Source of the DNA: Flavobacteriales bacterium
GTDB lineage: Bacteria > Bacteroidota > Bacteroidia > Palsa-965
Direction: 5' to 3'
DNA: 64,000 nt
Assembly (NCBI GenBank): GCA_040377305.1
Contig: JBEIPA010000014.1
Coordinates: 64,001 to 128,000, forward strand
Part shown: positions 57,140-64,000 of the stretch, piece after piece
Layout of the letters: each line of letters opens with the position of its first letter
Position numbering within the stretch: the stretch's first letter is position 1
Program-made: the position numbers and the translations under genes
The notes under the pieces: generated by a model
Seen by the model: only the letters and a program-made list of their open reading frames with translations
What the model was told of the DNA's origin: nothing
Database searches by the model: none

Positions 57140-57547
57140 ATGGTGAAGTTGAAAGTGAGGAATCAAATGGAGGGTGCAAACATGAATGTACTAATTGTGG
57201 ATGATGATCCAATGATCATCGAACTGCTAACGTTCAAGCTCAGCGAACAGGGCTATACTGTCGACTCAGTTACAAATGGCTGGGGCGCATTATTAAAACT
57301 TTCAAAGAATAAATACGATCTGCTCGTCACTGATCTGATGATGCCGGATATTTCGGGATTAACATTGCTTAGCCTGCTTAAGAATTACACGTTCGAAAGC
57401 ATTCCTATTATTATCATCTCCAGCCTGGATCACTCCACGACTATTCTGTCGGGGTTCGGTCTTGGTGCCGCAGAGTATTTCGTGAAACCAATCAATATGG
57501 ATCTCTTCCTCAATACGGTGGGCAAATTAACGAGCAAGGCTGGTTAG
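57140..57547 (+). CDS. Single-domain response regulator
   Basis: IVDDD, TDLMMP, FVKP. Confidence 0.88.
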   Translation: MVKLKVRNQMEGANMNVLIVDDDPMIIELLTFKLSEQGYTVDSVTNGWGALLKLSKNKYDLLVTDLMMPDISGLTLLSLLKNYTFESIPIIIISSLDHSTTILSGFGLGAAEYFVKPINMDLFLNTVGKLTSKAG

Positions 57548-57600
57548 CATCCCCGGCGAATTGTGGTGGAGGATAATTGCCCTGCGTAAAAACTACAGGT

Positions 57601-58497
57601 ATGAAACTTGAAATCAGAAAAATATTAGTCCCTGTCGATTTTTCGGAGACGAGTGAGAATGCAATAGAACATGCGGCATGGCTGGCAGCAACTACGCAAG
57701 CTGAACTTTATCTGGTTCACGTGCTGCCGCAGAATCAGTTCCGCGCTGATGCTGCAGAGCCATTGGTGCTCTCCGATGATACCGTTCAATCTCAGCGCGA
57801 AACGGAAGAAAAACTTCGCATTGTTGCGCAGGATCTATTGGCCAGGTTCAATGTAGCCGCACGGACCCGCGTACTACATGGGAAAATTTCAGCTGCACTT
57901 ATCGATCTTGTGACTGCAGAAAGTATCGATCTCATTTTGATGGGAACACATGGCGCCAAAGGCCTTGAGGAAATTCTCATCGGCAGTAATGCACAACACC
58001 TGGTTTCGCTTGCGTCGTGCCCTGTTATCACTTTTCAGAAAGAGAAACTGAAGCCCGGATTTTCGAACATCGTATTACCTATCGATCGTTCGCGCCATTC
58101 ACGTGAGAAGGTGAGTGTCGCAATGGATATTGCACTGTTGTGCAATTCGAAAATTCACATTGTGGGACTTCTCGACAGTGCCGACGAAGGCGAATACCAA
58201 AAGTTGCAGGTTGTACTCGATCAGGTAACAATAGCAGTTGACAGCGCAGAGATTCCATACACGCGTCACACCGTGAAAGGTGACAACATCGCTGTGGAAG
58301 CCATTAAGTACGCGCGTTCCATTAACGCAGATCTGATTCTCATTCTTACTGAAGATGAATCGGTGATGGGTAAACTCGATCTTGGTCCATTGTCGCGACA
58401 CATTGTCAACCACAGTCCTATTCCGGTGTTGAGCATGAATTCGCATTACGGAAATTTTGAAGCGCTCGATCTGAGCGGTGCGTCTCGCGCCTATTGA
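57601..58497 (+). CDS. Universal stress protein (tandem USP)
   Basis: ILVPVDFS, MGTHG, IGSNA. Confidence 0.9.
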   Translation: MKLEIRKILVPVDFSETSENAIEHAAWLAATTQAELYLVHVLPQNQFRADAAEPLVLSDDTVQSQRETEEKLRIVAQDLLARFNVAARTRVLHGKISAALIDLVTAESIDLILMGTHGAKGLEEILIGSNAQHLVSLASCPVITFQKEKLKPGFSNIVLPIDRSRHSREKVSVAMDIALLCNSKIHIVGLLDSADEGEYQKLQVVLDQVTIAVDSAEIPYTRHTVKGDNIAVEAIKYARSINADLILILTEDESVMGKLDLGPLSRHIVNHSPIPVLSMNSHYGNFEALDLSGASRAY

Positions 58498-58561
58498 ACT
58501 TCACCCCATAGGAACATAGCCTTCCGCCGCGGCAGGGTTTTCTTGTTGGGCGATAGAGTTA

Positions 58562-58661
58562 CATAGTGCGCAAGAGAATATCGCTTAGCGATATTTCTCA
58601 TGTGTTCTATGATTGCGTAGCTCTTTAACACCCGGCGAAAACTATGATTCTATGCGTTTAA
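58562..58661. repeat. Dispersed palindromic repeat, copy 2
   Basis: caagagaatatcgcttagcgatatttctc...; matches 18026-18124. Confidence 0.75.
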
Positions 58662-59266
58662 AACACGTATCCGGTTCCATAGAACAGCCCGAACGCATTT
58701 ATTCCGAAAGAATAACTCGAGCCGATATACATAATGAAGTCTTCCCGCTTGAGAAAACGGAATCGTCCGGCAATGAGTGGTGCCATACGAACCTGTCCTC
58801 CTTTGTCGAAGAGAAAACTTGCGAGTGGTCCAACCTCAAATTCAATTCCGGAATTTGATCCGAAGTTTTTTCGGAAGACTTTGTACTCCAGTCCTGCGCC
58901 GAATGTGGGCGACGCGCGTTCACTTACCAGATTTCCGTCTAGAATAAATTGTTTCGGTCCTGTTGCAAGACTGAAGAAGACAGGAATACGTAAACGCTTC
59001 TGAGGGCGAAACTCGGCGAAGAAAAGAATGGCATTCGTAGGGACAACAATCGCTTCATCGACATTAAATGCTGAATCCCGCGCGCTAGTGATAAACAACT
59101 TCGACTGACCAAAGCTCAACTCAAAGAGCTGACGATTCTTTTTCTTCGTCGTCGTATCCTGACTCGATTCAGCGACCGTCTGAGCCTGAAGCGTAGACAA
59201 GCCAAGTGTGAACAGAAAGAAGAACAACATCTTCATTCCCGTGATTATTGTGCGGGGGTACATCAT
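58658..59266 (-). CDS. Hypothetical outer-membrane beta-barrel protein
   Basis: Signal peptide; C-terminal YGTGYVF. Confidence 0.65.
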   Translation of the reverse strand: MMYPRTIITGMKMLFFFLFTLGLSTLQAQTVAESSQDTTTKKKNRQLFELSFGQSKLFITSARDSAFNVDEAIVVPTNAILFFAEFRPQKRLRIPVFFSLATGPKQFILDGNLVSERASPTFGAGLEYKVFRKNFGSNSGIEFEVGPLASFLFDKGGQVRMAPLIAGRFRFLKREDFIMYIGSSYSFGINAFGLFYGTGYVF

Positions 59267-59278
59267 AATGAGTGCTGA

Positions 59279-60811
59279 TTGTGCGTTTTAGTAAGACCTT
59301 CTGGATTAGTTGTAATTCACCAAGGCATTACTCGCAAAAATTACATAAATTTCATGACTATGAAGGTTGTCATCTCCTTCGCCGCTGGATTACTTCTATG
59401 CATGCAGGCTTACAGTCAGAACCTACTCGGGTACGGACATAGCAATTATGCAGGTATTTCAGGTGCGTCGTACAATCCTGCTTCTCTCGCCGACAGTCGT
59501 TTTAGCATGGACATTCAGGCTTTTGGCTTTGGTGTTGAAGTCGCGAACAATTATGTAGGTGCGAAACGCATCGATATGTTTCGTTCAGATTTTGACGTGA
59601 GCTATCTTAAACTTCGCACGCGCGACACGAAGAAATCGGTATTCTTCCGGAATGAAATACTGCTTCCGGGTATCATGTTCTCCAATGAAAAATTCGGTTG
59701 GGGTGTCGATCTGAAAATTCGTTCCTACGCAAACGTGGATGGAGTTGAAAGTGAACTCGCTCACATCTTCGTAATGGAAATGAAAGATGCGCCAACTTAC
59801 AACCAGGCTATGTACAATAAGCATATTGGTATACAAGCCATGAGCTGGATGGAAATTGGCGGAACGTATGCACAAACCATCTGGACAGGTGCAGAACACT
59901 TCGTCGCAATTGGTGCGCGACCTAAATTTTTGCTCGGACTCGGCGCTATGTATGCGTTTGTGAATGATGCTGGTTACAGTTTTCGCGATGACACGACACT
60001 GAATCTTGTTCGCGGCGATGTTGAATTCGGACATTCGAACAATTTCGCTTTCGATGGAGGATTTGGAATGCAATACAGCATGGGATTCAATCCTGGCTTT
60101 GGTGTTGACTTCGGATTGGTTTACGAATTCCGTCCTGATGCAATGCAGGAAGAGAATAAAGAAAATAAAGAGAAAAAATGGCCGGGATATCGCGAACGTC
60201 CGACATACAAATACAGAATTGGCGCTTCAATTACCGATTTAGGATTCGTGCATTTCCGACACGGCGAATTCAGCGATCATTATACCGTGAATGCCAATAT
60301 GTGGAATTACGATGACGAAACATTCGATGCTTCATCGCCGAACTCATTGCACAATACCTTCGAATTGCGTCAGGGCGGATCGAAAGAAGGCAAAGGTTTC
60401 TTCATGCGTTTACCACCTGCGCTCAATCTGCAGTACGACTACTACTGGAAGCATAACATCTACTTCAACGCAACTTCGTTCACAGGAATTTATGCTCGAA
60501 ACTGGGATGGCAAACGTGTTCACGAATTAACACGCGTCAGCATAACGCCGCGTTGGGAAAAACGTTGGTTCGCGGTGTGGGCTCCGGTTTCTTTCACGCG
60601 CATGGGAGTAGTTTCCCTCGGAGGTGGTCTTCGTCTGGGACCCGTCGCAATCGGCACCACAGATATTCTCAATCTCGTTCTTCGCAAAAAAACAATCTAC
60701 AATGCCGATGTGTACTTCGTTGTGAAAGTTCCATTGTTCCCAACGAAAAAAGGGCAAGCGAAGAAAGGCAAATCGAAGACGGGTGGACCGATTGACGACT
60801 GTCCGGATTAG
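59279..60811 (+). CDS. DUF5723-family outer-membrane protein
   Basis: SNYAG.....NPAS.AD, YKYRIGASITDLG, LRLGP..IG. Confidence 0.8.
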   Translation: MCVLVRPSGLVVIHQGITRKNYINFMTMKVVISFAAGLLLCMQAYSQNLLGYGHSNYAGISGASYNPASLADSRFSMDIQAFGFGVEVANNYVGAKRIDMFRSDFDVSYLKLRTRDTKKSVFFRNEILLPGIMFSNEKFGWGVDLKIRSYANVDGVESELAHIFVMEMKDAPTYNQAMYNKHIGIQAMSWMEIGGTYAQTIWTGAEHFVAIGARPKFLLGLGAMYAFVNDAGYSFRDDTTLNLVRGDVEFGHSNNFAFDGGFGMQYSMGFNPGFGVDFGLVYEFRPDAMQEENKENKEKKWPGYRERPTYKYRIGASITDLGFVHFRHGEFSDHYTVNANMWNYDDETFDASSPNSLHNTFELRQGGSKEGKGFFMRLPPALNLQYDYYWKHNIYFNATSFTGIYARNWDGKRVHELTRVSITPRWEKRWFAVWAPVSFTRMGVVSLGGGLRLGPVAIGTTDILNLVLRKKTIYNADVYFVVKVPLFPTKKGQAKKGKSKTGGPIDDCPD

Positions 60812-60951
60812 ACGGCAGACAGTTGACGACAGACGGGAGAGATTGACCCGGGAAATAATTAGTTGATGTGCGGATTAGTCAATTAGTTGATTCCTTTGTT
60901 TTCTAACTTAGGGCATGAACTAATTTGCACATAAACTAATTAACTATTTGC

Positions 60952-61758
60952 ATGAGCAAGCACAATTGGGCAACCGAAGTCCAGCCTCTTCTGAAAAAAT
61001 ACGCCGGCAAACCACATCCGCTGGAATACAAAAATCTGTACCAATTGTTGGTGATGGTTGTGCTTTCTGCTCAAGACTCCGACAAGAATATCAACAATCG
61101 GGCTCCTGCGCTCTTCGACGTGTATCCGAATATGGAAGCGCTTTCAAATGCGACCGAAGAAACGCTCGCTCCGTTTTTGAGAAGTATCCGCAGCGGACGC
61201 AACAAAGGCAATTGGTTGGTGCGAATTGCTCAGCAAATCAAAAACGACAAGAACATTCCGCTCTCACAAGAGGAACTCACAAAGCTTCCCGGCATTGGCA
61301 GAAAGTCGGCAAATGTCATCATGCGCGAAGCAAAAGCGAACGCAGGAGGTGTGATCGTTGACCTGCATGTTGTGCGTGTTGCTCCGCGACTCGGCATTTC
61401 AAAAAACGAGGATCCGAAAAAAATTGAAGCCGACATCATGGCTGTTGTTCCGCAAAAGGATTGGGGCGAAATCGGAATGGCTATTTCTTTTCTGGGAAGA
61501 GAAATTTGTCGTCCGAAAGATCCCCTGCACAGTGAATGTCCGATGAATTCGGTTTGTGATTTATACGCACAGGTGAAATCAGGGAAAGTGCAATCGCCAG
61601 CGAAGAAAGCGACGTTGAAGAAAATTGCGACAACGAAAGAAGTCACAAAGACTGTCAAGAAAACTGGAGCGAAGAAATCAGTGGCTGTGAAAAAAGCTAA
61701 AGCACCTGTGAAAAAGAAGGTCGCTGCGAAGAAGAAAACCGTAAAGAAGCGTAAGTAG
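60952..61758 (+). CDS. nth: Endonuclease III with Lys/Ala-rich tail
   Basis: VLSAQ, LPGIGRKSANV HhH, VDLHV. Confidence 0.88.
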   Translation: MSKHNWATEVQPLLKKYAGKPHPLEYKNLYQLLVMVVLSAQDSDKNINNRAPALFDVYPNMEALSNATEETLAPFLRSIRSGRNKGNWLVRIAQQIKNDKNIPLSQEELTKLPGIGRKSANVIMREAKANAGGVIVDLHVVRVAPRLGISKNEDPKKIEADIMAVVPQKDWGEIGMAISFLGREICRPKDPLHSECPMNSVCDLYAQVKSGKVQSPAKKATLKKIATTKEVTKTVKKTGAKKSVAVKKAKAPVKKKVAAKKKTVKKRK

Positions 61759-61765
61759 CATACGT

Positions 61766-62296
61766 CTACCGCTTAACAAGCCACATTGTAGGAACAATTT
61801 CATAAGCCCAAGGTCGATCCAATCTTCCCGGAAAACTTTGAGACCAGTAAGTCAGATCCTGTAATTGAGTTTGTCGCCTACATTCATTTTCACAGAGCCA
61901 TAATTGCAAATCGGAATACGTTTTTCCGTTTCTAAATAGCACCTGGATCGTGGTATCTCCGCACACTTTGATTCTTTCTATTCCATAGGACATAGCAAGC
62001 GTCAAGCTGTCCAGACTTAATTGTTTTATCGGTTGATCCGAAGTTAAAGGTTCCAGGTAAGCCTCATTATTCTTCCAATGCCAGCTCACCGTATAATCCC
62101 CTTCAAGGCCCAATGCGCGTGTATTTCTCCAAATGGAACCAACATCCCATTGCCCCGACGTATAGTCCTCTTTGAAATCTTCAATCTTAGTTTCCGGGGA
62201 ATAAATCTGTTGATTTTGGAATATCACGAAGTACAATAGGACACCAACAGCTCCCAAAGCTATTCTCTTAAATAACCTGCTTCGATCATGCATCAA
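61766..62296 (-). CDS. Hypothetical membrane-anchored protein
   Basis: N-terminal TM. Confidence 0.5.
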   Translation of the reverse strand: MMHDRSRLFKRIALGAVGVLLYFVIFQNQQIYSPETKIEDFKEDYTSGQWDVGSIWRNTRALGLEGDYTVSWHWKNNEAYLEPLTSDQPIKQLSLDSLTLAMSYGIERIKVCGDTTIQVLFRNGKTYSDLQLWLCENECRRQTQLQDLTYWSQSFPGRLDRPWAYEIVPTMWLVKR

Positions 62297-62410
62297 TCTC
62301 GAAAGTACAAATTGATTGTAATTGAATGTCGAACACCAGAACTGCCCTACTGAGGTGAAAAGACAACGTGCATCCGGGCTGTACGTTTAGCACATTAACC
62401 GATTAGCAAA

Positions 62411-62818
62411 TTACTCGCGTCCCTTATCCGCCTGCACTCTAATCGTTCTCGCCAGCGCAACGCACAAATCCGTAAACGAATCGGGCTTCGTAAGATAATC
62501 GGCAGCACCTAAAGCTTTCGTGTCGTCCTTATCCTGCTGGGCATTCGATGTGGAATAAATGACCACCGGAATATTTTTGTAACGCTCCGAAGCTTTCAGT
62601 CGCTCGAGTGTTTCGCGCCCATTCAGTTTGGGCATGTTGAGATCAAGAAAAATTACATCCGGCAATAAATCGAGTGCATCCAATCGCGCCAACGCATCTT
62701 CTCCGTTTTTCGCTTTGTAGCATCCCATTCCCTTGTCAATCTCATTCACAGCCTCTACGAAAAGGTTGATATCATCCTCATCATCGTCGACGATGAACAG
62801 TACTTTATTCTTATGCAT
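62411..62818 (-). CDS. Single-domain response regulator
   Basis: IVDDD, FLDLNMP, LTKP. Confidence 0.92.
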   Translation of the reverse strand: MHKNKVLFIVDDDEDDINLFVEAVNEIDKGMGCYKAKNGEDALARLDALDLLPDVIFLDLNMPKLNGRETLERLKASERYKNIPVVIYSTSNAQQDKDDTKALGAADYLTKPDSFTDLCVALARTIRVQADKGRE

Positions 62819-63099
62819 TTGTTGGATTTAGCGTGAACAATATTAGGTATTATTCGTGGTGGTACCATTACTTTTCCATCATACAACCCCGCCAATCTGA
62901 GACCAAAACGGTTTAACGAAATAATGTGCTCGATTATCAACCAATTGCGCCACCCAACACCTATTTTTCATTGGCAAATCGCATTTTGGCATGCCCAAAT
63001 AAATTTTAATATGGGGAATATATTCTACACACTTTCGGGAACGTAGAAACTAATTTTGTTAGACTGAGAATATTGGTCAACCAACCCAAATAAGCTCCC

Positions 63100-64000
63100 A
63101 TGAAGAGTCAAAAGCTACTTTCCGCAAAAGGCGGGACTGGAAAAACTGTCCACAAAAGTGTCAAGACAGCCCCACGAAAAAAGAAGATTGTTACCAAGCG
63201 AGTTACTCCGGCAAACGGAACTAACGGCAACGGAAATCACGCCATTGAAGTCGATGAAATTGATCAGCAACTTGCCGGTCATTTCGACAGCCGCGAATTG
63301 CTGCGCGTACTTTCTGCAGTAAAGAATGGCGACTTCAGTGTTCGCATGCCACTCGATCAGGTTGGTGTCAGCGGAAAAATAAGCGACACGCTCAACGAAA
63401 TCATTTCTCTCAATGAGAAAATGATCAACGAGTTCACAAGAGCTGGCAATACAATTGGTAAGCAAGGAAAACTTACCCAACGAATCGAGCTTCCTGCTGC
63501 ACGCGGGTCATGGCGACGTGGTACTGAAGCACTGAATGAGCTCATCTCTGATCTTGTTCACCCGACCATTGAAATTGCACACGTAATTTCTTCCGTTGCG
63601 AAAGGAAATCTCTCGCAACAAATGTCGCGCAGCATTGGTGACCACGAATTGCAAGGTGAGTTTGCCCGTATTGCCAAAGAAGTAAACGACATGGTTAAGC
63701 AGCTCAATCTGTTTTCCATGGAGGTAACGCGTGTTGCACGTGAGGTAGGTTCGGAAGGAAAACTCGGTGGACAAGCGAAAGTAAAAGGCGTTGGTGGTGT
63801 ATGGAAAGATTTGACCGACTCTGTAAACCAGATGGGATCGAACCTTACTGCACAGGTACGAAACATCGCCGAAGTAACAACAGCCGTTGCGAAAGGTGAC
63901 TTATCGAAGAAAATTACGGTTGACGTAAAAGGAGAAATTCTCGAGCTCAAGAACACGATCAACACGATGGTGGATCAGCTCAACTCATTCTCTTCTGAGG
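63100..64000 (+). CDS. Poly-HAMP hybrid histidine kinase, N-terminal part (runs out of the window)
   Basis: Manual translation: [53 protein letters not shown]. Confidence 0.9.
   Translation, partial: MKSQKLLSAKGGTGKTVHKSVKTAPRKKKIVTKRVTPANGTNGNGNHAIEVDEIDQQLAGHFDSRELLRVLSAVKNGDFSVRMPLDQVGVSGKISDTLNEIISLNEKMINEFTRAGNTIGKQGKLTQRIELPAARGSWRRGTEALNELISDLVHPTIEIAHVISSVAKGNLSQQMSRSIGDHELQGEFARIAKEVNDMVKQLNLFSMEVTRVAREVGSEGKLGGQAKVKGVGGVWKDLTDSVNQMGSNLTAQVRNIAEVTTAVAKGDLSKKITVDVKGEILELKNTINTMVDQLNSFSSE

Noticed and set aside
63115-63965. Minus-strand ORFs at the window end
   Set aside because: Shadows of the plus-strand poly-HAMP kinase

Overview
Bacteroidota chromosomal segment, judged from gldH, T9SS C-terminal sorting domains and TAnnTTTG promoters. 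About 1-22 kb is housekeeping (PBP1A, gldH, holB, pgk, pheS, pyk) and about 39-64 kb is signalling/accessory genes. Between them (about 22.4-39.2 kb) lies a large RNA-repair / translation-rescue island. It encodes a Ro60 (TROVE) protein, two RtcB ligases, PrfH, an ATP-dependent RNA ligase, an HD+kinase protein, a metallophosphoesterase, a DEDDh exonuclease, a HEPN-motif protein, a WYL regulator with two candidate operators and a degenerate GyrB-like protein. It also carries 16 atypical tRNA genes in three arrays and six Y-RNA-like ncRNAs that share one stem but carry different cargo. Two observations stand out. (1) One Y-like RNA carries a circularly permuted copy of 23S rRNA helix 69/70. (2) The tRNA arrays are preceded by leader-peptide attenuators whose codons match the downstream tRNAs, for example YSLLLLSSYSL ahead of a Leu/Tyr/Ser-only array. 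All calls were made by eye. RNA ends may be off by a few nt and novelty has not been checked against databases.
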